Assembly: GCA_963837955.1 (NCBI GenBank)
Contig: CAWIPH010000002.1
Span: forward strand, 2,752,001-2,816,000
From: an uncultured Verrucomicrobiae bacterium
GTDB lineage: Bacteria; Verrucomicrobiota; Verrucomicrobiia; Chthoniobacterales; JAFAMB01
DNA: 64,000 bases
Reading direction: 5' to 3'
Numbering within the stretch: position 1 is the first letter of the stretch; each line of letters starts with the position of its first letter. Below are positions 31,330-41,441 of the stretch, one piece after another. A program made the position numbers and the translations under genes. Below the pieces are notes generated by a model. It was not told the DNA's origin, ran no database searches, and worked only from the letters and a program-made list of their open reading frames with translations.

Positions 31330-32335
31330 ATTTCTTCGCCAAAAGCTCGGCTATCTGCACGGCATTCAATGCGGCTCCTTTGAGGAGTTGGTCTCCGCAG
31401 ACCCAAAATGCCAGGCCGTTGTCCAATGCGGTGTCAATTCGTATCCGTCCGACTTCGCACGCATCCCTGCCTGCCGAGTTCAGCGGCATCGGATATCGCT
31501 GATTTCCCGGATCATCGACCAATTCAAGTCCGGGAGCCTTGGCCAAGACGTCACGGGCGCGATCCACAGAAACTGGTTCAACAAATTCGGCGTTGATCGC
31601 TACCGCGTGAGCTCGAAAGACCGGTACTCGTACGCAGGTAATTGACGCACGCAAGGTAGGGTGATGCATGATCTTGCGGCACTCATTTAAAAACTTCTGT
31701 TCCTCTTTCGTGTATCCCGAATCCAAGAACTGGTCGACCTGTGGGAGGACGTTGAAAGCAATTTGGTGGGGAAAAACATCCGCTTTGATTTTTTCACCGC
31801 TCACATGAGCTCTTGTTTGAAGATCTAGCTCGTCGATGGCCCGCGCGCCGGCGCCGGAAACAGCCTGATAACTCGCGGCGATCACGCGCTTAGCTCGAAA
31901 CACCTTGTGCAAAGGATAAAGTGCCATGAGCGCGATGAGGGCCGTACAATTAGGATTCGCAATAATTCCGCGATGTCGAACCGCATCTTGGGGATTGATC
32001 TCGGGAACGACGAGCGGCACGTCCGATTCCATACGAAAAGCGGAGGAATTATCGATTACGACCGCACCGGCTTTCGCTGCTATCGGAGCAAAGGTGCGAG
32101 CAGTGCTGCTTCCAGCACTGAAAAGGACGAAGTCGAGCCCGGCGAGATTATCCTCTGTCAGAGTCTCTACCGGAATCTTTTCACCCCGGAAGCTCAGAGT
32201 TCTACCAGTGGATCGCGGCGAGGCGAACAGCTTCAGGCTGCTTACCGGAAAGTCCCTTTGCTCGAGCAACCGGATCAATTCCGTTCCGACGGCTCCGGTA
32301 GCCCCGACGATTGCCAAGTGATAGGTTTTACTCAT
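31328..32335 (-). CDS. asd: Aspartate-semialdehyde dehydrogenase
   Basis: VGATGAVG, DNSSAFRM, IANPNCT, YQAVSGAG, CVRVPV, DQLLKGAALNAVQIAE. Confidence 0.97.
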   Translation of the reverse strand: MSKTYHLAIVGATGAVGTELIRLLEQRDFPVSSLKLFASPRSTGRTLSFRGEKIPVETLTEDNLAGLDFVLFSAGSSTARTFAPIAAKAGAVVIDNSSAFRMESDVPLVVPEINPQDAVRHRGIIANPNCTALIALMALYPLHKVFRAKRVIAASYQAVSGAGARAIDELDLQTRAHVSGEKIKADVFPHQIAFNVLPQVDQFLDSGYTKEEQKFLNECRKIMHHPTLRASITCVRVPVFRAHAVAINAEFVEPVSVDRARDVLAKAPGLELVDDPGNQRYPMPLNSAGRDACEVGRIRIDTALDNGLAFWVCGDQLLKGAALNAVQIAELLAKK

Positions 32336-32361
32336 CAGCGCCCCGACACTTTAGAAAGAAA

Positions 32362-32817
32362 ATGAGCAGCCACAAGATCAGGATCGATATAAAAGAGCAA
32401 ACTTTGCAACTCCTCCACCGCCAGGAGGTGATCCATCAATTCCCCATTTCAACGTCCCGCTTCGGATCGGGCCAGGCCTCCGGAAGTTTTCAGACGCCGC
32501 TCGGCCGTTTTCGGATTCATGAAAAGATCGGCGGCGACCAACCAGCGAACACCGTGTTTCGCGGACGCGTACCCGTCACCAACCCATCTGATTGGGAAAA
32601 AGAAAGCGACCTCATTACCTCTCGTATCCTCTGGTTAGACGGTATCGAGCCTCACAACCAGAACACGCGTGAGCGGTTTATCTACATCCATGGTACGAAC
32701 GAAGAACATCTTATTGGTCAGCCCGCCAGTCATGGCTGCGTTCGCATGCGAAATGAGGATATTGTCCATTTATTTGATCTAGTTGAACCTGGAACGGAAG
32801 TGGAAATTCTTGGGTAA
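32362..32817 (+). CDS. L,D-transpeptidase (YkuD) catalytic domain protein
   Basis: TPLGRF, IYIHGT...PASHGCVRM. Confidence 0.9.
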   Translation: MSSHKIRIDIKEQTLQLLHRQEVIHQFPISTSRFGSGQASGSFQTPLGRFRIHEKIGGDQPANTVFRGRVPVTNPSDWEKESDLITSRILWLDGIEPHNQNTRERFIYIHGTNEEHLIGQPASHGCVRMRNEDIVHLFDLVEPGTEVEILG

Positions 32818-32970
32818 AAGCTACAGCGCTAACGTTTAACCATTCTCGGAGAGGAGGTTAGCGCGATTGCGGGCGGCATTCGCACAAAATTCTGAAAATA
32901 CATTTGTCTCCTTGGGAGGTTCAGCATAATACCAAGGTGCTGCTAGCCAAGAAAGGAGGCGAGACTGAAA

Positions 32971-33096
32971 ATGAAGATCGTGAAATACATCACCATAGCG
33001 GCCGTCGCTGTTGCTGCTCTCGGCATGTCGGCGTGCCATAAGGAAACGACCACCGCACCCCCGCCGGCACACACTACGACCGGTTACTCCAAATAA
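32971..33096 (+). CDS. 41 aa lipoprotein (not in ORF track)
   Basis: Manual translation MKIVKYITIAAVAVAALGMSACHKETTTAPPPAHTTTGYSK; lipobox MSA-C; strong RBS gaaaggagg upstream. Confidence 0.8.
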   Translation: MKIVKYITIAAVAVAALGMSACHKETTTAPPPAHTTTGYSK

Positions 33097-33127
33097 GGTC
33101 TCGACCTTAGGAGTGTCTATACCCGCC

Positions 33128-33766
33128 TCAGCTGTTCCTGGGGCGGGTTTTTCCTTTTCTTCCACTCACGAAAGGTGAGTCGCCCACATAATAGCGCCAT
33201 TCCAGTTCAGCCGATTTGGTGATACCAATCCGCTGATCCGCAATGATCGCCGGCGGTTCTCTCCAAAGTAGTAGACTTACTTCAGGGATGGATAAAAAAT
33301 CCGCTCCGTTCCACTGCGCGGTAATTCCCATTGCCTGAGTCAACTTACCTGGCCCAGAACAGAGATCGGTTAACTTTTGGACTCCACGTCGTTGCCGCAT
33401 CGTTTCGATACCGGTCCGCGGCTCCAAAGCGCGGATCAAAACAAAGCCGCGAAAAGAAACTCCTTTCACCAAGAAATTCAGGAGCCAGTGCACTCCGTAA
33501 TTGAGATAGATGTAAACCGACCCTGGCGGGAGCTCCTCAATGAACGTTCTCACGCTCCGCCGCAAAAACGTATGACAAGCCTCGTCTCCATATTCTGCAT
33601 ACGCTTCTGTTTCGACGATCACTCCCGAGCTGCCCCCCCAGAACAACTCGCATCCGAGCAAATCGCGAGCGCACGTTAATGGGTCACGCTCGAAGAAGGT
33701 CCGGGCTGGAACGCCGCTTTTCGCGGGGATTTTCACAGCTGCGACGGATGATCCAAAAATATCCAC
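33128..33766 (-). CDS. mpg: DNA-3-methyladenine glycosylase (start uncertain)
   Basis: IVETEAY, YIYLNYG, VLIRALEP, GPGKLTQA, RIGIT. Confidence 0.92.
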   Translation of the reverse strand: MDIFGSSVAAVKIPAKSGVPARTFFERDPLTCARDLLGCELFWGGSSGVIVETEAYAEYGDEACHTFLRRSVRTFIEELPPGSVYIYLNYGVHWLLNFLVKGVSFRGFVLIRALEPRTGIETMRQRRGVQKLTDLCSGPGKLTQAMGITAQWNGADFLSIPEVSLLLWREPPAIIADQRIGITKSAELEWRYYVGDSPFVSGRKGKTRPRNS

Positions 33767-34500
33767 GGTAGGTCGAAGCGCACGCTAAGTCGTTCGGCCA
33801 AGGCTTGTACCCCGAAGGTTTCGGTAGCGTAATGACCACCATACAAGAGGTTTATTCCAAGCTCCTCCGCCAAAACGAAGGTATGATGAGGCCCCTCGCC
33901 GGTCAGGAACGTGTCCACTCCCTCGGCAGCGACCTCGGCGATGTAAGCTCCGGCTCCGCCGGTTATTATCCCGATGCGGTGGGTGCGATACGGTCCAGCC
34001 GGACAACACCAGATCTTGCGCCCAAGAAGACGCTCAACTCGCAGAATCAATTCACTTAATTCCATGGATACTGTCGAAACGCACCCTTGCGCTCTGCCTT
34101 TGACAAACCAGAACGGCGAAACTGGCAGGAGGTTGAGTGCCGCGGCGAACAGAACGTTGTTGCCTATCTCAGCGTGAAAATCGAGGGGAAGATGGACGCT
34201 GTAGATCGCTAGGTGAGCTTCCATTGCTTTGGCTAACCGCCGATAAACCGCTCCAGTGACCGGGGCTCCTCCGCCCCAATAAAGCCCATGATGAACAACT
34301 AAGAGATCGACTTTCTGGCCAATCGCCAGCTCGATCGTCCGAGTACTCGCATCAACCGCCGCTCCAATCTTCGAGACGATGCCTCGATTCTCCAGCTGAA
34401 GTCCGTTGACAGCTCCCGGATAATCTTCAATCTGCGCCACCTCCAACAATTCGTTTGCGAAAGAAACCATTGTTTGGAGACCCACTCCCTCTTTGTTCAT
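33733..34500 (-). CDS. Nif3-like dinuclear metal centre protein
   Basis: NGLQLE, LVVHHG, HLPLD, GNN, TGEG, GHYATETFG. Confidence 0.92.
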   Translation of the reverse strand: MNKEGVGLQTMVSFANELLEVAQIEDYPGAVNGLQLENRGIVSKIGAAVDASTRTIELAIGQKVDLLVVHHGLYWGGGAPVTGAVYRRLAKAMEAHLAIYSVHLPLDFHAEIGNNVLFAAALNLLPVSPFWFVKGRAQGCVSTVSMELSELILRVERLLGRKIWCCPAGPYRTHRIGIITGGAGAYIAEVAAEGVDTFLTGEGPHHTFVLAEELGINLLYGGHYATETFGVQALAERLSVRFDLPWIFLDHPSQL

Positions 34501-34530
34501 CAGTTTCGCCTCCGTTTAGCCCATCTGATT

Positions 34531-35019
34531 TCACTCTAGTTCTGCCCGAGGTACAATCTGGCCGGCATAGGCAATCGAAAGCCTCTTTACTCCCTTAATC
34601 CGCTTAGCGATCGATCGGATCTGCGCTAACATTCTCACCAAGACTAGTTCATTCTTGTAGCCGTCGGCGTAAGAGTATTCTGGCTTTACCGCCATATGAA
34701 GCAACGCAAGCGTATCTAGCGAAGTGCGCGTGTACACAATCACGCCCGCCAGGTCCTCGAGTTTTCCTCTGCTGACAAAGGCATAGAGCGTTTGCACTTC
34801 TTTGCCTTCAATCCCGATGCGGAGATAGTCGCGCTCTTGAATGATCTTGGGAAACCCGTAGCTGAGAATTGAGGCGTTGATGCTCGACTCGTGCTCCCCT
34901 TGCTGCGGATGAAAAAACATCAATGCTTCTAGTTCTTCCCGCCGATCGGCGGGAAGTGTGGAGGAGAACTTCAAGGGGAGCACAAACCCTTTGCATAGGC
35001 GAGGCCGTTCCTTTGTCAA
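34531..35019 (-). CDS. Hypothetical protein, possible GNAT-like fold
   Basis: LAGVIVY...LLHMAVKPEY segment resembles GNAT motif A. Confidence 0.55.
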   Translation of the reverse strand: MTKERPRLCKGFVLPLKFSSTLPADRREELEALMFFHPQQGEHESSINASILSYGFPKIIQERDYLRIGIEGKEVQTLYAFVSRGKLEDLAGVIVYTRTSLDTLALLHMAVKPEYSYADGYKNELVLVRMLAQIRSIAKRIKGVKRLSIAYAGQIVPRAELE

Positions 35020-35112
35020 CCCATAGCGTCTAAATGAGATCTACTCTCGAGCTTGGAAATGGCCTCTCGACTTCGGCTTAGTTGAAGTTATCATATACAG
35101 ACTCCCCCCAGT

Positions 35113-35451
35113 ATGTCCCAGCCTGCCGCCCAAAAGCGAAAGAGAAGGCTAATTCAACTGCGTGAAGCTCAACGTCGACGACGCAACCGCCTGAAAGAGG
35201 AGAAAAAGACGTTTCTCCAAATTATTTTGACGGAAGAGATGCAACAGGCTCTTCGGCGTTTCAGCGCAGATCGCGAGAGGCCAATGCACGTCTGTGCAGC
35301 CAGCCTTATCGAAGAAGGGTTGGCCAAACACGTGCTCCCTCGGTCCCCGCCCCCTTCCGAGACCGTCGAATCGACACTCTTCTCTGAAGGCGCGATAAGC
35401 GAACCGCCCAAGAGCTCCAACATTACTGAGACCGAATCGTTTCATCGGTAG
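35113..35451 (+). CDS. Hypothetical basic protein, possible ribbon-helix-helix
   Basis: Arg-rich helix, short strand FLQIIL, two helices. Confidence 0.55.
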   Translation: MSQPAAQKRKRRLIQLREAQRRRRNRLKEEKKTFLQIILTEEMQQALRRFSADRERPMHVCAASLIEEGLAKHVLPRSPPPSETVESTLFSEGAISEPPKSSNITETESFHR

Positions 35452-35458
35452 CCGGGAA

Positions 35459-35667
35459 GGTGGGGGCGACTGTCCCCGCTATTTCTCTGGTTCTGGAGCG
35501 ACCCGAAGGCTCGCGCGGAGACCCCGGTATGGCGCGACCATGAATCTTAGTCGCCGCTGCCGTCTACAAATGGCGACTGCGTATTGTGATTTTGGCGCAA
35601 TGAGTTGCTCCGTGCGTGCGCGCCTGAAATATCGGACACCGGACGTAGCGGGACAGTCGCCGCTACC
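35459..35667. repeat. GTAG-type REP doublet
   Basis: ggtgggggcgactgtccccgcta ... tagcgggacagtcgccgctacc inverted arms. Confidence 0.75.
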
Positions 35668-35805
35668 CTCTCCTCAACCGCTCTTGGTATCTTTGTGGCG
35701 AATCCATATCGCGGTTTGACGACCTGAGAAGACCTGCTCTAGGTTAACTCGCGGGTCATGGATGGCAGAGCCGGGCTCGCAGAAACTTCATATTCTGAGA
35801 ATTCT

Positions 35806-36417
35806 ATGGCTTACGAACTACCTCCTCTATCCTATCCTTTCAACGCGCTCGAGCCGCACATCGATGCTAAAACGATGGAAATCCATCACGACAAGCATCA
35901 TCAAGCCTACATCACCAACGCGAATAAAGCGTTGGAAGGTCATCCGGACCTCGCCGCCAAACCGGTGGACGAATTGCTCGCAGATCTGAGCAAGATTCCG
36001 GAATCAATCCGGACTGTGCTTCGAAACAACGCTGGCGGTCATTCCAATCACAGTTTTTTTTGGAAAATAATCGGCCCAAACGCCGGGGGTACTCCGAAAG
36101 GTAAGTTAGCCGAGGCCATTAGCTCTACATTCGGTGGCTTTGATCAATTCAAAGAGGAACTGCAAAAGGCAGCCATAGGTCGTTTCGGCAGTGGCTGGGC
36201 GTGGCTGGTAGTGAATAAAGAGGGTAAACTACAGATCATGTCTACGGCCAACCAGGACACCCCCATCTCGGAAGGCTTAAAGCCTGTAGTCGGGGTAGAC
36301 GTCTGGGAACACTCCTACTATCTCCTCTATCAAAACCGGCGACCCGACTATCTCAAAGCCTGGTGGAACGTCGTCAATTGGAATCAGGCCGAGAAGAATT
36401 TCGAAGCCGCCCTCTAG
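35806..36417 (+). CDS. sodA: Superoxide dismutase, Mn-type signature
   Basis: [34 protein letters not shown]. Confidence 0.95.
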   Translation: MAYELPPLSYPFNALEPHIDAKTMEIHHDKHHQAYITNANKALEGHPDLAAKPVDELLADLSKIPESIRTVLRNNAGGHSNHSFFWKIIGPNAGGTPKGKLAEAISSTFGGFDQFKEELQKAAIGRFGSGWAWLVVNKEGKLQIMSTANQDTPISEGLKPVVGVDVWEHSYYLLYQNRRPDYLKAWWNVVNWNQAEKNFEAAL

Positions 36418-36536
36418 TCAGAGAGGGCCTGGGGTTCGTCCTCATCCCGAATGAAATAACCAATAGCCGATAATCACTATTTGCTATTGGTTATCGCCAT
36501 CCGAAGGCAACAAGGATGGCGTGGGTGCCCAGCGTT

Positions 36537-37775
36537 ATGGCATTCCTTAATGATCATTATCTGAAACTTAGGGCGGGCTATCTCTTCCCGGAGATCGCCC
36601 GGCGAGTAAACACTTTTGTAGCAGCGGATCCGACTGCCGCAAAAGCCCTAATTCGTTGCGGGATTGGTGACGTCACTGAGCCTCTCCCGGAGGCGGTCCG
36701 CCAAGCAATGCACAAGGCCGTCGATGAGCTGGGCCAGCGAGAGACCTTTCGCGGATACGGTCCAGAACAGGGCTACGAATTCCTCCGGCACGCTATTGCG
36801 GAGAACGACTATCGCCAGCGCGGTCTCGAGGTTGCAGATGACGAAATCTTTGTCTCAGATGGGTCAAAATGCGATTGCGGGAATATTCTCGACATTTTCG
36901 GGCATCAAAACCGGATTGCCGTTATGGATCCGGTCTATCCCGTTTACGTGGACACAAATGTAATGGCCGGCCATACCGGCGAGGCAGATGCCACCGGTAC
37001 CTATTCCGGATTGGTATATCTCGCCTGCAATATGGCGAATCATTTTGTACCTAGTATTCCCGATGAGCGTGTCGATCTGATTTATCTTTGTTATCCAAAT
37101 AATCCAACCGGGACGGTCGCTACCCGAGATCAATTGAGCGCCTGGATCAATTATGCACTGGCAGCCGACGCCATTATCTTATTTGACGCTGCATACGAGG
37201 CTTACATCCAAGATTCAGATATCCCGCATTCCATTTATGAAATTCCACGGGCGAACGAATGCGCGATCGAATTTCGAAGTTTTTCCAAGAATGGTGGCTT
37301 CACCGGAGTCAGATGCGGATTTACCGTGTTGCCAAAACAACTGCTGGCTCAGACAAGCACGGGAGAAAAACGACCTATTTTTCCGCTCTGGCACAGACGT
37401 TTCAGCACGAAATTCAATAGCGTAAGTTATCCAGTCCAACGCGGCGCGGAAGCGATCTACACCGCAGACGGCAAGAAACAGGTTCGAAGGCTAATTGAAC
37501 ATTACTTGGGCAACGCCGAAATTCTCTCGACCGCTCTGGCCAAGACCGGCCTCAAAGTCTTTGGCGGCAAAAACGCTCCCTACATTTGGGTCAAGGCACC
37601 CGATGGTTATCGGAGTTGGGATGTTTTTGATAAGATACTCAAGGAAATTCAGGTTGTGATAACCCCGGGATCTGGTTTTGGCGCTCAAGGAGAAGGTTAT
37701 TTCCGGGTCTCGGCATTCAATTCGCGAGAGAACGCTGAGGAAGTGGCACACCGTTTCCAAACACTGGAGTGGTAA
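36537..37775 (+). CDS. dapL: LL-diaminopimelate aminotransferase
   Basis: [48 protein letters not shown]. Confidence 0.96.
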   Translation: MAFLNDHYLKLRAGYLFPEIARRVNTFVAADPTAAKALIRCGIGDVTEPLPEAVRQAMHKAVDELGQRETFRGYGPEQGYEFLRHAIAENDYRQRGLEVADDEIFVSDGSKCDCGNILDIFGHQNRIAVMDPVYPVYVDTNVMAGHTGEADATGTYSGLVYLACNMANHFVPSIPDERVDLIYLCYPNNPTGTVATRDQLSAWINYALAADAIILFDAAYEAYIQDSDIPHSIYEIPRANECAIEFRSFSKNGGFTGVRCGFTVLPKQLLAQTSTGEKRPIFPLWHRRFSTKFNSVSYPVQRGAEAIYTADGKKQVRRLIEHYLGNAEILSTALAKTGLKVFGGKNAPYIWVKAPDGYRSWDVFDKILKEIQVVITPGSGFGAQGEGYFRVSAFNSRENAEEVAHRFQTLEW

Positions 37776-37784
37776 ACGCTCTTG

Positions 37785-38222
37785 TCTCACACGAAGACAC
37801 AAGGACACAGCGTTTTAGTTGGCGACGCGTTTGATTCCGTCCTTCATCAAGGCAGAACCAAAATTCGTAAGTAGGCCCAGGCGAAAATTGAGCAAACGGA
37901 GATATGTCAAAACCTGTTTCCCTTGGACCGGTGCAAGTTTTTCGACAGACTTGAGCTCGATTAGGAACCGGCATCAAAAATCAGATCGGCCCTGAAACCT
38001 TCGTCCGAAGTGTACCTCTTCAAATACGATCGGAACCGGAACCTGTCGATTGACCTCGTGTCCCCTAAGCTTGAGCTCTCTCGCCAACAAGACTTCATAA
38101 AACGCTCTCCAACAGACCCGGACCAAGTTTGGTGTGGATCTTCAGTGCGCCATCAATCGCATGACGCGCAATCTCTTCCAGCCCTCTATCCATACTTTGT
38201 GTCTTTGTCTCTTTGTGTGAGA
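37785..38222. mobile_element. Putative element: GxxExxY gene between inverted TCTCAC-(ACAAAGAC)n repeats
   Basis: Left arm tctcacacgaagacacaaggacacagcg (37785-37812); right arm reverse complement tctcacacaaagagacaaagacacaaag (38195-38222); 23/28 match. Confidence 0.6.
37815..38193 (-). pseudogene. GxxExxY protein (PD-(D/E)XK-like), three frameshifts
   Basis: Reconstructed MDRGLEEIARHAIDGALKIHTKLGPGLLESV/YEVLLARELKLRGHEVNRQVPVPIVFEEVHF/DEGFRADLIFD/RFLIELKSVEKLAPVQGKQVLTYLRLLNFRLGLLTNFGSALMKDGIKRVAN. Confidence 0.88.
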
Positions 38223-38289
38223 TTTTGTAAAAACATTGCAGCGTTGCGGCCTGAGCGCCACCCACTCAGGCCACCGCTGCTTACCTCTT

Positions 38290-38832
38290 CTATTCTAGAC
38301 CCATTTCGCGAAACGCATATTTGGGGATGGCACACACTGTTCCATTCTGAATCGAATCTAGTTTTGTTACCTTGGCGATCCATTCACCCTGAGAATCTCG
38401 GTAACAAAACATGACGGCATGCAAGTTCTGGGTCGGATCTGTGGGATTCAATACCTGGAATTCCACAGGCCAAAACTTGGCCTTGCGATTATCGTCACCG
38501 AACTCGGTGACCCCGGGTTGACCAACCGAAACGCTGGTTATTGTGAGATTCGCTAATTGTTTCTCGCATCTAGCGAAAAGCGCTTCTTCGATCTCGGCGG
38601 GAGTTCGATGCTTTTGGTTCGTCGAAACGTTGGTTATGAAGCTCTGACTTTCGCGATAAGCCTCGGTCTCTGCTTCGCGTGCGACCAGCACGGAAGTCAT
38701 TCGGTTAATTCTGGCTTTAATCAGTTCTGTTACCTCCGTAACCGATGGCGCGGTTTCGGAGCGACCAAAAAAGAGCGTTAACGACAACGCTACAATGGGC
38801 AGCACCCAGAATATGAAGCGATTTGCTTTCAT
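38290..38832 (-). CDS. Hypothetical exported or membrane-anchored protein
   Basis: N-terminal hydrophobic helix; AT-rich upstream region. Confidence 0.6.
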   Translation of the reverse strand: MKANRFIFWVLPIVALSLTLFFGRSETAPSVTEVTELIKARINRMTSVLVAREAETEAYRESQSFITNVSTNQKHRTPAEIEEALFARCEKQLANLTITSVSVGQPGVTEFGDDNRKAKFWPVEFQVLNPTDPTQNLHAVMFCYRDSQGEWIAKVTKLDSIQNGTVCAIPKYAFREMGLE

Positions 38833-39346
38833 AAATAACATTTTATAATATAGTTATCATTTGTCAAGCATATTTCGTTACGTTTTTCTTTCCTGTTTCT
38901 CTCTCTCGCGCCGATCGTCGTTTCGTTCGTCTTCGTTAGCGAAAATGCTAGACGTTTGGCCCACCCTCTGATCGAGAAGCCAGAGCCTATCCGGCCCGAT
39001 CGAACGCACATTACGTTGCCTATTTCAGCAGCAACGTCGGATCCTCGCGCACCGCGCATGGCCGGGGTCCGAGGTCGTCCGAAGCTATGTCGGGAACGGC
39101 CGTGATCCCGTGCCGACTAGCGTCTCAGTTTGACGAGCTCAAAAGCCTTGTGAAAGGACGAAGCCTCCCGGGAACGGAAAATTCTCAACGCCCATCCGCC
39201 TCTCTGGCCTACGGCCTGGGGACTTAGACACTCCCCCCCTCCCCCACCCCTCGAGGAAAATTGCTCACGCTCCCAGAATGATGGCTGCGCCCTACCCCAT
39301 TCGGAAATAGCTCTATCACTACCGGGCTATTCTCTGAACCGGCGCC

Positions 39347-40285
39347 TCATCCGGAAACGCGATTCAATTGCGTTCGATGGCTCTCGCAGAATCGCACAAA
39401 ACTATCTCCCGGTTCACCCAAGGCGCCCCCGGGAAGCACCCAATAAAATCCTCGTTGAATGGCCAGGCCTGAGACAGGAATGATTCTGAGATGTCCGATC
39501 GCCAGCTCTTCCCGAACTGCCCACCGAGAGATAAAGGAAAATCCCATCCCGAGCCTAACAGCCGTTTTCGCCGCTGTGATATCTGCGATCACGTAGCGAT
39601 GATCGAGTCGCTTAGGCGATAATCCCGCTTTTCTTAAAGCAGATTCCACCACTGCCCTCGTACCGGAACCAGTTTCGCGCCAGATAATCGGCACTTTTGC
39701 CAGATCACCGACCGTTAAAATCGATTCTCCCAGCTTCGCATACGACTTCGAGACGCCACGGACGCCCGCCACTAAGACCACTTCATCGCGCACAAACTCC
39801 GACAATCGAAGTCCACCTGCTCGCGCATGACCCTCCACCAGTCCGAATGAATAAAGGTCTTCCCGTACCGCACCGAGAATAGCTGCACTGTTATCTACCC
39901 GCATTTCGATCTCGATGGCAGGATGTTGGTGAACGAATTCCGGCACAAATAGTGGCATTACGTAGGCAGCAATGGTCAAACTCGCGCCGAAAGACAATCG
40001 ACCAGTCAGCTCTTTCTTTTGACGAAAGACGTCCCCAATGCGGACCATCGTGCCCTGAATTTCCGAAGAAAGTTGCCTCAGAACTTGTCCGGATCGAGTA
40101 AGCCTGACGCCGCTGGATGATCGCACCAGTAGAGCTTGACCCACGACCTCTTCCAACCGGCGTAGATGGGCCGTTACTGCCGGCTGGGAAAGATGCAGTT
40201 CTCTGGCCGCTCCGGAGACTGTGCCCGTTTGCGCAACCGCCAAAAAAGAACGGAGAATTCGTAGATCCAGATCCTGCCAACGCAC
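39347..40285 (-). CDS. LysR regulator (YeiE/CysL-like)
   Basis: AARELHLSQPAVT HTH; GASLTIA, GLVEG, RETGSGTR; divergent from YeiH-like gene. Confidence 0.93.
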   Translation of the reverse strand: MRWQDLDLRILRSFLAVAQTGTVSGAARELHLSQPAVTAHLRRLEEVVGQALLVRSSSGVRLTRSGQVLRQLSSEIQGTMVRIGDVFRQKKELTGRLSFGASLTIAAYVMPLFVPEFVHQHPAIEIEMRVDNSAAILGAVREDLYSFGLVEGHARAGGLRLSEFVRDEVVLVAGVRGVSKSYAKLGESILTVGDLAKVPIIWRETGSGTRAVVESALRKAGLSPKRLDHRYVIADITAAKTAVRLGMGFSFISRWAVREELAIGHLRIIPVSGLAIQRGFYWVLPGGALGEPGDSFVRFCESHRTQLNRVSG

Positions 40286-40320
40286 CAGCAGCAGGATCTC
40301 ACTGGCGTTGATTCCTGTCC

Positions 40321-40335
40321 ATCAGAATGGCTGAT
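40321..40335. promoter_or_regulatory. Putative LysR box
   Basis: Palindrome atcag-aatgg-ctgat containing T-N11-A between the divergent genes. Confidence 0.6.
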
Positions 40336-40390
40336 ACCACATCCAATAAATCGACTACTCGGAGCACCGGAATCACCTTTCTTTCCGCGC

Positions 40391-41406
40391 GTGAACTCTC
40401 AATCCATCCGATTCGGCAAAGAACTCGCTCTGGCGCTTGCGCTCGCCTGGGCGGCTCTTTGGCTAGCTGGCCTGCCATGGCTAGATCATTTTGGCGGCAT
40501 CTCGCTCGCGTTAGTCCTAGGTATGTTCTGGCGCGCTGCTGCCGGAACAAGAGTAACTGGAGGTGAGGGATACCAGTTCGCCGTCAAGACGTTGCTCAGG
40601 GTTGGCATCGTACTCCTTGGTACTCGGTTAAACCTTGGCCTTCTGGCCGAAGCCGGTCCAAAGCTGATTACTTTCGACCTCTTGATGATAGGCGGTGGAA
40701 TTCTTTTCGTCGCACTTGTCCTTCGCCGGCTGGCTTCGAAGCATCGCTAGCCATGCTGACCGCGGTAGGTACATCGATTTGCGGCGCGTCTGCCATTGCG
40801 GCCGCGGCGCCCTCTCTGCGGGCCCAACGCGAAACGTCTGCCCTGGCCATCGTCGTCTGTACGTTAGTGGGGACGGTTGCCACATTTCTACTGATTTCAC
40901 TGAACTCGTGGGTCCACTTGAACCCGCAGAGCTACGGGGTCCTGGCGGGTTCCACGCTTCATGAAGTCGCCCAAGTAGCAGCTGCCGTCAGCCCGATCCC
41001 CGACGCGTTTCAAACTGGTATGTTAACAAAGTTAACTCGGGTCCTCTTCCTGGCTCCGGTCATCGCTATCCTGCCTCGGTTTACCGCGCGCAAATCAGAT
41101 CTAGCGAAAGATAAGGCGGGTACTCATACTCCGTTGGTTCCATGGTATGTAATTGGATTTCTCGTAACCGGCACGATTATGACTGCCGCTGCTGCCTTAC
41201 CGGCTTCTGTGCATACGGTCATCGCAATCGCAAGCCAATCTTCTATACTCCCAACCAACTTCCTGATCGCTGCCGCGATGGGCGGAATTGGTCTGCAGAT
41301 TAATTTGGAACTGCTTCGGACACAGGGTCTTAAGCTCCTGGCCTTTGCCGGAGCTGCTTGGTTGGTTCTCTTTCTATTCGCGCTGGCGCTGACCTACGTC
41401 TGGTAA
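40391..41406 (+). pseudogene. YeiH-family putative sulfate exporter, split by a 1 bp deletion
   Basis: 40391-40750 (LLRVGIVLLG) and 40753-41406 (GTSICGASA, TLHEVAQV, KLTRV) are two halves of one protein; adding one G at ctggc (~40730) restores RRLGFEASLAML. Confidence 0.82.
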
Positions 41407-41441
41407 TTTGTCGTTGCGCCGGATTCGTGATTGATTGGGAG

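Noticed and set aside
38860..39340. ncRNA or G-quadruplex in the gap containing the C-run at 39233-39250
   Set aside because: No recognisable RNA family motif or convincing ORF; a single C-rich run is not enough evidence
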